A stretch of DNA of 63,661 bases, counting the filler, from Octopus bimaculoides (lineage: Eukaryota), in assembly GCF_001194135.2 (NCBI RefSeq). It is 6 parts of 5 records of this genome, joined end to end, with 100 filler letters (N's around TTAATTAATTAA, not from the genome) between each part and the next. Parts side by side here need not be neighbours in the genome. Positions count along the whole stretch, not along the records: positions 1 to 23,078 come from NC_068995.1; positions 23,179 to 32,455 come from NC_068984.1; 4 more parts are not named here. One strand, 5' to 3'. The notes under the pieces were generated by a model that was given only the letters and a program-made list of their open reading frames with translations, had not been told where the DNA came from and made no database searches. Numbering within the stretch: position 1 is the first letter of the stretch; each line of letters opens with the position of its first letter. The position numbers and the translations under genes are program-made. This document shows positions 14,016 through 25,006 of this stretch, piece after piece.

Positions 14016-14964
14016 ATAGGTATAGATCGATGGCGTCATTTATTGTTGAACGCGAAGTATTTTCACAGATCTTCTGTATAAGGAAAATTACTCTCCGAAC
14101 GGTTTCCACAGCGGAAATCTTTCTATGTTTGTGTAAACGAACGTGTTAAATATGACTGTGCACACCTTAGTATTTATTTTGGATTAAAAAATAGGAATAG
14201 AGAAAAAAAAATATTTATATATAACAATATATTAGAAAAGAAGTTATCTGTTTTGGAATAATTTGGGTTGTAAAAGATGAAGATGAAAGCATAAAAAATT
14301 TACCTGAAAAATATCTCACCGCCAATCTTGTAGTCTCTTCTCGCTTTGCTAAGGTTTGATCCACGAAATTATTCCCATATCTAAGATATACTGTTTCCTA
14401 ATTTTGCTTCATAACATACTCCTCCTTTTGAAAACCACTTTCAAAACTTTCTAAGAAATTCTATAAAGATTATTTATTTATTCAGATAATTATCTCCGCC
14501 TATTACTCAATTATTCTAAAGTTCATTAAATCTTAGAAATCTATTACCAGGGGTTTCTCAGCAAAAAGAATTAAGAATATAGTGAGAGTATACTTATACA
14601 TCAATTAAAACATTGATAAATGATAATTTATTCCGTAATTATCTTTCGACACTGATGCATGAATACTTTTGCTTTTGTTCTACTGAGAAAAGATGAATGC
14701 TTTATTGTGAGGAATCTCACAATACAGAACACAGCTTGAAATACATCTAACCATAAACTAAATTTAATAATATGTTCGAATTATAAATTTGTTTACCCAC
14801 AATTAATAATTAGTCCGAAATCCACTGAACAAACTACAGAATACAAATATTATCTATAAATTAGATGCAAACACTAAAGATATAAATGTTAAGGCATTAA
14901 TTTTGATATTGGCTGTAAAAGCACTATATTTTATCCACCAACTTACTAATTAACTGGTACTCAC

Positions 14965-15267
14965 TCAGTTACGACAACGAGGGTTCCAGTAGGTTCGATG
15001 AACGGAACAGCCTGCTCGAGAAATTAACGAGCAAATAACCGGGCACTCCATAGACACGCGTACCCTTAATGTAGTTCACAAGGACATTCAGCGTGATACA
15101 GGATGTGACAAGTCTGGCCCTTTTGAAATACAAGTACAACTCATTTTTACCAGCCAAATGGATTGAAGCATCATGAAATAAAGTGCCATGCTCAAGGACA
15201 TAAGACGCGGCCGGGAATCGAACTCCCGACCTTACGATCATGAGCCGAATACCACTACCACTATGCT
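14965..15267 (-). mobile_element. SINE family 3 (tRNA head)
   Basis: Minus strand gtggtattcggctcatgatcgtaaggtcgggagttcgattcccgg...gtccttgagca. A diverged homologue lies at 58085-58410. Confidence 0.75.
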
Positions 15268-15281
15268 AACAACCACCTCAT

Positions 15282-15565
15282 TTTTTATTTTTTATGCGCC
15301 CCTTTTAAAGCCTAGCCAGTTTCCCCGTTTCTATGGTGCACGTAACTCCACCCACCAGCTTTACTCAAGAAACAGGAAGAAAGAGAGTAAGTTGGGGCGA
15401 AAAAGTACAATAGGGGTCGCCACCCCCCACCCATGCTGGAGCCCCGTGGAGCTTTAGGTGCTTTCACTCAATAAACACACACAACAACCGGTCTAGGAAT
15501 CGAAACCGCGATCCTCCGACCGCGAGTCCGCTGCCGTAACCACTGTGCTATTGCGCCTCCTCCGC
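15282..15565 (-). mobile_element. SINE family 4 (tRNA head), full length with TSD
   Basis: Head ggaggcgcaatagcacagtggttacggcagcggac...ggtttcgattcc and an A-rich tail. The 14-bp TSD aacaaccacctcat is at 15268-15281 and 15566-15579. Confidence 0.8.
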
Positions 15566-16586
15566 AACAACCACCTCATACCGACTTAAAATGTATTTAT
15601 CAAGAGTCAAGAAGTGTGGCTCCATTTGACTGCTTGAAAGAGGTAATCAAATGTCATCAAATCCATAAGTCATTGTCTTAACAACGGGAAAGATGCATAA
15701 GATAATGCAGTTTGAGATAACTAAAAAAAAAACAAAAAAGACAACACGGTCATGGTTGAAACTCTTTCGTAATAGGTCATCGCAATCAGGTTTGAACTGG
15801 AGATAACCGACTGCATTACAGTGTTGCTGCAGCATAAATATAACTTGATAAGATAACATTAATAGACATTACAACTGCAACATATAGGAAAACCCCACCA
15901 AAATACCCACGATTATCATCCATCGTTATCAAGCGCAAAATCAATCTTTAGTAAAATAATGTATCCTATAATTATCTATACAAACAAAGGCGTATGAAAA
16001 TATTTATGAATATATCTTCTCATTTATGGTAAAACATCAAAATTTGGTTCTCTTGGCTACAAGAGCAATAAAATTAAAAAATTATAGTGTGATAAATTTA
16101 GACAAGAATTCATTGCCAGAAAATATTTATTCTTGATGGACAATTTGATCCTAGCCATAATCTCTGACTTAGAAACAAACATACAAGATTTGTGTATGTG
16201 TGTGGATTTTTATAAATGTTCGTTACACAATAACATAGGGATACACAAATCTCTCATAATTCTAACTTAGCTTCCGTCTTCTTTATTTTCCAACTTTACC
16301 CTGAAATGCATTTGTACACGTTGTCTTTTCTCTCCTTACTACTCATTCCACTCACTTAGAGAGAAATAAATACCCAACAACAAGAATTCTACTTACTCTC
16401 ATTAGAATTCTCTCTTCTTCATTTCTCTAAATCCATCTGTTGTCGCTACTGTTCTTTCAATTCTTCAACCTCGCAAATAGTTTTCGACTTTCTAACCTCA
16501 TGTCTTCCTTTTCTTTCCCTTCATCTCTCTCTTCCCCTCTATCTCTCTCCCGGACTCTCTCTTTTTTTCTTTCTTCCTTCCTTTCG

Positions 16587-16589
<3 letters not shown>

Positions 16590-16617
<28 letters not shown>

Positions 16618-16653
16618 TTTGATTTTACATCCGATATTATTGCAACTCTAAGC
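16590..16653 (-). mobile_element. Family E, shorter copy with (GAAA)n tail
   Basis: tttgattttacatccgatattattgcaactctaagc lies directly after (TTTC)n. Confidence 0.6.
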
Positions 16654-16972
16654 GGTCTGGTCTCCTGCCACCTCTACTCAGCCTCACCCAGCTTGTCTCT
16701 CACTGTCCGTGTCTCTCTCTGTCCGTGTCTCTCTCTCTCTCCCTCTGTATCTCATTCTCTCTCTCTTTCTAGTCCCACATATTGTGTCTTCCACCCCTAA
16801 TCATGCCCTAGACACTATACTCAGTCCTTCTTCTTACGGACATCTCCCCCCCCCCCGGAATTCTCTCTGCTGTCTGTTTTCTTTGGAACCAAAAGAGAAC
16901 CAATAATTTCACCATAAAGCAACCTAAATGTCTTGATTTGTTGGTTTGAGTGTGTGTATGTGTATGCATGTA

Positions 16973-17189
16973 CGAGGGAGTGATGAAAAGTTCCTGGCTT
17001 TGGGTAAAAGAAAATAGCGTAGGATCAGTTAATCATGATTTTATTCAACATATTTCCCTCTAAGATTAATACACTTATTGCAGCGATTGTGTAGTTTCTC
17101 TAAGTCCCGTAAAAGAACTTGGAAGGTTGGGCCTCCAACCATGCCTTTCGCGACACTCTTCAAAACAGGGACTTTTCAGCACCCCCTCG
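16973..17189. mobile_element. Mariner-derived MITE / internally deleted mariner
   Basis: Left end TA-CGAGGGAGTGATGAAAAGTTCCTG; the right end reverse-complements to CGAGGGGGTGCTGAAAAGTCCCTG. The interior reads DLEKLHNRCNKCINLRGKYVE* on the minus strand, a mariner C-terminus. Confidence 0.8.
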
Positions 17190-17455
17190 AATATAGATAT
17201 GTATTTATGTATATAAATATTGTGAGCATGCGTCACACAGTTATTAAATATATGTAACGCTAACCAAATGTGTTAAGCGCTGTTGTTTTTCCTTTCTTCT
17301 ACAAAAGTCAACGAGGAGTTTCACTTTTCTTTTGTACATCACAGAGTTAGAATGTATCAGATTTCTCAAATCTTTCGCAGACATTCTTTTTATGGAATCA
17401 TTTATCATTGTCTTTTCTGAAGATATCAAAGATCTATGAATCATGAACATGATCG

Positions 17456-17457
17456 TT

Positions 17458-17527
<70 letters not shown>

Positions 17528-17530
17528 TTC

Positions 17531-17611
<81 letters not shown>

Positions 17612-17699
17612 TTCGTTTGATTTTACATCCGATATTATTGCAACTCTAAGCACTTACTCAGCATTGCCTGATACCTTTGGGTCTTACTGACACCGTTAC
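17456..17699 (-). mobile_element. Family E 3' end with a long (GAAA)n tail
   Basis: 17616-17651 is identical over 36 bp to 16618-16653, and both abut (TTTC)n. 17649-17699 matches 21393-21443. Confidence 0.6.
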
Positions 17700-17822
17700 T
17701 ATATAAAGAGATACATAATCACACTTTTACTCTGCTCAAATTCACACCCACCCACACACACAGAGGCACACACACACAGACACACAACCACAAACAAATT
17801 TACATATATATAAAAAAATAGA

Positions 17823-17859
<37 letters not shown>

Positions 17860-17949
17860 GGGAGAATATACAAAAAATAACAACAGACGAGGACAGGTGG
17901 TGTAAATAACAAAAGTATATATTAGTATGACGCTCGGGAATACGGAAAG

Positions 17950-17986
17950 TCTTTGACGTTTCGAGCTACGCTCTTCAACAGAAAGA
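17950..17986 (-). ncRNA. Minimal hammerhead ribozyme variant in a ~200-bp unit flanked by (TA)n
   Basis: Minus strand: TCTTT-CTGTTGA-A-GAGC gta GCTC-GAA-ACGT-C-AAAGA. Perfect 5-bp stem I, loopless palindromic stem III (ACGT), GUC site. The core has U at position 6 and an extra A after A9. Confidence 0.6.
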
Positions 17987-18066
17987 ATACGGAGACAAGG
18001 AGAAAAGTACGGAGAAAAAAAATTGAATAGTGTTCAGTCAACGGTCAATCATAATAATGGTCAATC

Positions 18067-18097
<31 letters not shown>

Positions 18098-20544
18098 AAT
18101 GTATATCTATATAGATATGCATGTAAATATACATATACATATGCATACACACACACAAATAAACGCACAAACACAAACACATATATATGTATATATATAG
18201 TTATGCATGTATGTATGTGTGTATCTATGTATGCAAGTACATTTACACACATATCTAGACACATACTTTATTAGGTTCGTAACTTCATGCAACGCATGGA
18301 TGCATACAAACATACACAGATACATATGTACACAAACACACAAAAACGCACATACATACATACATACATACATACATACATACATGCACACATACGTACA
18401 AGCATACACACATACTACGTTTCGCTGATACTTATCTTCAAAGGAAAAATATGTAGTCGAGTAAACCGAAAAATAGCGTCAATATGAACACTATTAATAA
18501 GTCGACATCACCATTATCAATATCACATGACCCAGTGAGGGGCACACTATGTGAACATTTGACCTACATGAAACGGTAGCTAAATTTCCCTCCTCTTACA
18601 TTCCACAGTCTTAAAAGTATGGACTCACCGTATAATGTGGTTGGTTGTGGTGGTGGTGGTGGNNNNNNNNNNNNNNNNNNNNNNNNNNNNNNNNNNNNNN
18701 NNNNNNNNNNNNNNNNNNNNNNNNNNNNNNNNNNNNNNNNNNNNNNNNNNNNNNNNNNNNNNNNNNNNNNNNNNNNNNNNNNNNNNNNNNNNNNNNNNNN
18801 NNNNNNNNNNNNNNNNNNNNNNNNNNNNNNNNNNNNNNNNNNNNNNNNNNNNNNNNNNNNNNNNNNNNNNNNNNNNNNNNNNNNNNNNNNNNNNNNNNNN
18901 NNNNNNNNNNNNNNNNNNNNNNNNNNNNNNNNNNNNNNNNNNNNNNNNNNNNNNNNNNNNNNNAAAAATATAAGAACAAAATAATACCATTAAACCTTGG
19001 TAGAGGCATTATGCCGGTAATAAACACACGCACTGGTTCAGTCCTTTATTAATTTATATAGTTTTTTGTTAAATTATTTCATTGCACTCTTGCAATCTCT
19101 TCAGTAACTTGTCTCTCCACTTCCATTTATTTTGAATGTATGATCTGGCGTTGTTTTGGCGTTGTTTTGGCGTTGTTTCGAAACTGTTTGGTATGAGCTT
19201 GTGAGTGTGTGCAAGCTCGTATGTGTGCACGCTCATATGTGTGCACGCACTTATGTGTTCGTGCTTATATGTAAGTATGTGCGTCCATATGTGTGTTTGT
19301 AACAATTTCGTTTATATCAGATCAGATAGAGACTTTTTAATACCATTTTAAAATTTAGTTCGACGTTTGTTAAAAATGCTCAGTACACTTATATTCTGTT
19401 TTCTATATATTTGTCTCTAATCATGTACACTACATTTATTAAATTTGACTAGCCGCACCACTTACCATAGGAAAACTTCATTAAAGTAACAAGTAACAGC
19501 AAAATTAAGTATGTACACAAATAATATGCCAATATTAGTTATACTTGAAACAAGCTACAACGCTAGCAGCAATAGGAAATATTTATATTTTAGTGTTTCA
19601 TATTGGATTTAATATTTTACTTGCCAATTAACTAAGATATGAAAATATATCCGGGGGCGTAGTCGAGACAAATTATTCAAGAGAAACTGTAGAAGCTGTT
19701 TGCGAATATCAATAAATTTTATCTATTAAATTTTCCATAAAGCAAAGAAGATGAGAAGGCATACATACTTCAGCAGGTTCCAGAATTGAAATGTAGCATA
19801 TTTCTCAATTTTTCTTAATTACGTAATTTTAATTACCGCTATTGTTGTTGTTGCTGTTATTTTTATTGTTGTTGTTGTTATCATTATTATTATTGTTGTT
19901 TTATTATTATTATTTGTGAAGATTTGGTGCGCTTGGTCGTACGTATTAACACATACACAGATAGACTAGCACATATTATCATGTAATCAAGCATTTATTC
20001 TACCGTAACTAATTAATTACACCGTTTATGTTTGTGTGCATGTGTGCATAAGTACATTCAAATATATATATATAAATANNNNNNNNNNNNNNNNNNNNNN
20101 NNNNNNNNNNNNNNNNNNNNNNNNNNNNNNNNNNNNNNNNNNNNNNNNNNNNNNNNNNNNNNNNNNNNNNNNNNNNNNNNNNNNNNNNNNNNNNNNNNNN
20201 NNNNNNNNNNNNNNNNNNNNNNNNNNNNNNNNNNNNNNNNNNNNNNNNNNNNNNNNNNNNNNNNNNNNNNNNNNNNNNNNNNNNNNNNNNNNNNNNNNNN
20301 NNNNNNNNNNNNNNNNNNNNNNNNNNNNNNNNNNNNNNNNNNNNNNNNNNNNNNNNNNNNNNNNNNNNNNNNNNNNNNNNNNNNNNNNNNNNNNNNNNNN
20401 NNNNAAAACACATACATAACTATCATTAAATCCTTATAATATAAATATAAACTGTGAGAACGACCCTTAAGGAATCTAGCTAATGATCCCCTAAGGTAAG
20501 TTCTTATGCTATATTGGTAACGGTTGCTACATCCTCTGGAAAAT

Positions 20545-20578
<34 letters not shown>

Positions 20579-20816
20579 GTTTATACATATACGTAATGAT
20601 GTAAATCGAGTATTAATAATAAGATTTGCACATATGATTCTATGTTTGTGTGATACGTGTCTTTTGAGTCGTATAAATCTGTGTGCTTGTGTATGTCAGT
20701 TTCTACCTAGAACTGTTTATGTGTATGTGCTGTTGTTTGTGTATGTATTTTTGCATATGTATATCCATCTCTTTCGAAATATAAGTCTATACATGCATAC
20801 ATACCTACATACATAC

Positions 20817-21098
20817 ATTCTTTATCCAGATTACAAGTTCAGGTTTATACCTGTAATTATTGGGGCCTTGAGATATGTAACACACTGCCTAAATACCAAT
20901 CTTGAGAAATTAGGCTTCTCAAAACCAGAAAGGAGAAATTTAATTCGAAGACTAGAGATCTAAACCATCATTGAAACTGTAAATAACTGAAAATCTTTCT
21001 TGAAGTTTATCATTTAAATATATATGAGCATGTCTAGATATGCAACTATATGCAGGAGAATATATACATGAAGCAAAACATACAAATCTGTACATATC
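20817..21098 (+). mobile_element. R4/Dong-like family C, 3' end embedded in (CATA)n
   Basis: ILYPDYKFRFIPVIIGALRYVTHCLNTNLEKLGF...LIRRLEI (PVxIGALG-like motif at the end of the RLE domain) plus a UTR. CATA repeats on both sides. Confidence 0.75.
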
Positions 21099-21160
21099 CA
21101 TACATACATACATACATACATACATACATACATACATACATACATACAAATTTTTTTTTT

Positions 21161-21282
21161 TTCAGAATGAGATAAAAAACCAAGGCTGTGAAGATATTAG
21201 AACATTTATAAATATCTGCAAGACCTTCTATTTATAAATGTTCTAATATTTTCACAGCCTTCGTTTTTTATCTCATTCTGAA
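21161..21282. repeat. Long inverted repeat: 54-bp arms, 2 mismatches, 14-nt loop
   Basis: Left arm 21161-21214, loop tctgcaagaccttc, right arm 21229-21282. T-runs on both sides. Confidence 0.95.
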
Positions 21283-21477
21283 TTTTTTTTTTTTTTTTTT
21301 TTTTGTATATATACACACGCTGATATATGACCTACGTTGGACTCCTTATTCGCATAATCACCGAACCTGGAGCTTAACTATGGCCTATCCATAGCACTTA
21401 CTTAGCATTACTTGACACCTTTGGGTCTTACTGACACCATTACCTCTCATAAACTACATACATACATACAAACAAAC

Positions 21478-21588
21478 AAAAATACCCTATTGTTAATGTT
21501 GAAATTCCAATGAAAGAGCCTTGAATCTAAGTTAAAAACCGGCTCTTTCTCTATTGGAAAGAAATCTTGAAATAAAATTGAACAATCA
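21478..21588 (+). mobile_element. ~110-bp (CATA)n-associated retroelement 3' end, family D, copy 1
   Basis: gttgaaattccaatgaa...ggctctttctct...aagaaatcttgaAATAAAa.tgaacaat followed by CATA. Three copies in the window, all on the CATA strand. Confidence 0.7.
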
Positions 21589-21595
21589 CATACAT

Positions 21596-22558
21596 ACGAA
21601 TGGTTTCCGCGCTTTAGGAACAGTTCCTTGTCGCTTGAAAACCAACCTTCTTCAGTGCGAACGTTGGCCACCTGAACGAACAAAAACATTATGAAAATTC
21701 GTGGACTGATCTTGGAGGACCGTCCCCGAACAATTGACGAACTTGTTGATATGACTGATGTATCCTGGAGCTCCTGCCAATGAATTTTGAGAGAAGAATT
21801 GCGAATGAAAAGAGTTGCAGCAACGTTTGTGCCTCGCTTGCTCACGGAAGATCAAAAGCAGTCATGACTGAATGCGTGTGGTGAACTGAAAGAACAGTAG
21901 GAAGTTGAACAGGATGTTTTTTTTTAATGTCATCACTGGTGGCGAAAGTGGGTGCTACGGCTACGAACCGGAAACGAAGCAGCAATCAAATCAACGGAAG
22001 CAATCAATGTTACCACGCCCCCAAAAGCGCATCAAGTGGAGGCCGATGTCAAGATGATGCTGGATGCAAAAAGAAATTGTTCACACCGAATTTATTCCAC
22101 CTGGTCGAAGTGTTAAACATTTTACTTGGCAGTTCTGCAGCGTCTGCGAGACGCAGTGAGACGAAAACACCACGACCTGGCAAAATGGAGAGTAGTGGTT
22201 TTATGACGACAATGCACCTGCGCACTCCACCTTGAGTGTGAGACAGTTTTTGATCAAAAATGGTATGACCCTGCTTACCCCCCTTGCCTATTCACCCGAT
22301 TTTGCTCCCAGCGAATGAAAAAAATTCTTAAAGGAAAACGTCTTGCAGATGTAGAAGAGGTGAAGAAAAAGACAACAGAGGCATTAAAGGGTATCACTTC
22401 TCAAGAGTTCCAGGACTGCTTCGATCAGTGGAAAACGCATCTGGACCCATGCATTGCTTCAAATGGAGAATAGACTGAAGGCGATAAAAGTGTAAACAGG
22501 TAAAACTAAGTGAATAAAATAATATTACAAAATTCCGGTTTCTTTTGGATACCCACTT
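21596..22558 (+). mobile_element. Mariner (DD34D) transposon, 5'-truncated and degenerate
   Basis: Broken reading frames give YEWF.RF, FVPRLLTEDQK, VITGGESGCYGYEPETKQQS (TGDE-W-like), DNAPAHS, AYSPDFAPSE (YSPDLAP-like) and CIASNGE. A TIR-like 3' end follows (ttccggtttcttttggatacccac). Confidence 0.92.
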
Positions 22559-22744
22559 GCATATACAGACAGATAGACACACACACACACATATACATAC
22601 ATAAATATATACAGAAAGACAGACAAACAGGCAGAAAACACACACACACACGTACGTGTATACAAATGTAAATGTATGTGAATTTGTGTGCATGTAGTTG
22701 TGTGTGTGCGTGCGTGTGTATGTGTTTGTGTGTGTGTATGTGTT

Positions 22745-22792
<48 letters not shown>

Positions 22793-23122
22793 GCAGAATA
22801 GATAAACGCTGGACTTTGCTCTCATTTATGATTTGCTCTTGGAGTTCGTTTTCAAGATAGAACAAATAAGAAACGATCAACTTCAAGAGAACGAATCTTC
22901 TGAGGTGATAGCATTTTAAAAAGATATGCTGTTAAAATATTCTTTGAAGACACCAAATACATCACTAGCCATTCTTCCGAATCAAATATTTATGAGCACC
23001 GACTCTTATCGTATTAGCGGAGAATTGCGATGTCACTTCAGCGAAAGAAAATTTTGCTGATTTGTTCTGATATCTGCCNNNNNNNNNNNNNNNNNNNNNN
23101 NNNNNNNNNNNNNNNNNNNNNN

Positions 23123-23134
23123 TTAATTAATTAA
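23123..23134. other. Artificial scaffold linker TTAATTAATTAA (also at 32500-32511, 53884-53895, 57460-57471, 60286-60297)
   Basis: The same palindromic 12-mer, with stops in all six frames, sits in N padding five times (44 N + 12 + 44 N = 100 bp where counted). Confidence 0.95.
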
Positions 23135-23985
23135 NNNNNNNNNNNNNNNNNNNNNNNNNNNNNNNNNNNNNNNNNNNNGTGAATGATTGTTTACTTGCAC
23201 GTGTAAACGTTTGAGAGAGCGAGAGAGGAAGAGGGGGAGAAATTAATAGAGATTGAGAGCAATGTGTATGTTGTTGTCACAGGTCATGTATGTGTGGTTG
23301 TGTGTGTTTTTACGTATCTATGTTATGAAAAATAGGTAAAGAATACTAAAATGAAAGTTTAATCTATGATGTTGTATGTATCACTTTCTCTCTCTCTCCC
23401 TCTCCCTCTTTTACTTTTACTCTCTATATTTTTATGTTGAGCGCGTGTGTAAGAATGGCGTTCCAGGTAGCAGGGATGAAATATAAAAGTTGCTAGAAAC
23501 AACAGCCAAATCTCCCTTAAATCACACAAAGTAAACGGATTTTTAAAAATCTAATTACTGCACTTGAAAGTTCAGATCGAGAAAATTCCATTGATGTAAA
23601 AATTTTTACGAAAAAGTGGAAAATGTGGATTTCTATAAACATTCAAAAAGGCTTCACACAAACACACAATTTCAGATTTATATATTAAGATATAGACAAT
23701 AGTTTATTGTATAAATTTTAATAACAGAAATATTTGACATTAAAGGTTGAAAAGAAAAAAACGTTGGAGAAAGAAAGAAACTATAGAAAAAATTTAACTG
23801 CACTTTCTAGCAATATAGAAATAATATTTAGTATATTACAGCTGTTGAAAGTTTAATAGCATAACAATTTTTTTTTTCTTTCTGAAAAATTTTTAAATAC
23901 ATAAAGGGAGCAGAATTTGAAAGAATTCGAGATATCTTATTTCAGTAGAAGTTATACACAAGCTTCAGGAAATATATTACTATCT

Positions 23986-24420
23986 CCTCCATGGACTGGA
24001 GACACAATCATCTGGTTGGCACAACTAGAAGTAAGCTTTAAGGCAAATCGTATAACGAATGAAGAGCAAAAATACAATATAAAGATAAGTAATTTGCCTC
24101 CATGTCTAAGCGATGAGATTAGAGATTTATTTTTAAATTCTGTCGAGCCAGTTTCCTATTCTGCAATTCAAGCAGAAATATTTTTAAAAAAACTTCTAAT
24201 TCAAAACAGAAAGAATTTGCGAAGCTATTCAACAATGAAGAATTAGGCATTAAGAAGCCAACACAACTTCTTCGGAGAATGAACGAGCTTCTTGGAGATC
24301 AACAAACAGAAGAATAATACCTCAAAGAAGTTTTCTTTACCAAATTGCCTTACAAAACACAAACCTTGCTCTTGGCTGTGAAGAATCAAAACTCTCTTCA
24401 ACAATTGGCAGTTTCGCCCC
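23986..24420 (+). mobile_element. Ty3/Gypsy-type gag (DUF7041-like) pseudogene fragment
   Basis: PPWTGDTIIWLAQLEVSFKANRIT.E...LPP...EIRD, then a frameshift in the A-run near 24190, then EELGIKKPTQLLRRMNELLG and FFTKLP, with an in-frame TAA near 24316. These motifs are typical of this gag family. No pol or LTR recognised. Confidence 0.8.
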
Positions 24421-25006
24421 CGACCGTAACACATAAAATTTCTCTGAACAGGAGAAATTGTTGCTTTCTCCTGTTCTGGCAAACGAACCTATGTTCTCTC
24501 TCCTTCTCTTATGAGTTTGCTACATATATGTATGTATGTATGTATGTATGTTGCTTAAATACATACATTTGCATTTGAGCAACTTTGCAAATAAGTTAGA
24601 ATTATGATTTGTGTGTTTTATAGGCCCAAGTATCATAAAGGTTATGCCTTGCAATTTTATTATGATAGTTTTAGGCATTAAATTGATTTTAAATTATTTC
24701 ATGCTATTTTTGTAACTGAATTGTAACACATGTTCAATTTTATAATTTCAATGTTATATATTGCTTAACATTCATATTGTAAATAACAATCAATTTAGTA
24801 CACTTCAAATGTTAAAGAACAATAAATAATTTAATATCCAAATACAACTGAAGATTTTGATTATTCAAATAAACTGGAACGACATTTACTGATTGTTACG
24901 TTTGAATGACGTAATCAAGTGAGAAATGTTTTTAATTTTCGTCGCTTGACACTTCACTATACTTTCTAAACAAATGAGTTACGTTTAATTTCGCAGAAGA
25001 ACGACC

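Noticed and set aside
15480-15560. tRNA-like heads of the SINEs considered as tRNA genes
   Set aside because: They have A/B boxes but no complete cloverleaf, and they run on into SINE bodies with tails and TSDs.
23123-23134. TTAATTAATTAA recurring five times, superficially like a conserved motif or array repeat
   Set aside because: It always sits inside N padding and has stops in all six frames. It is an assembly linker, not biology.
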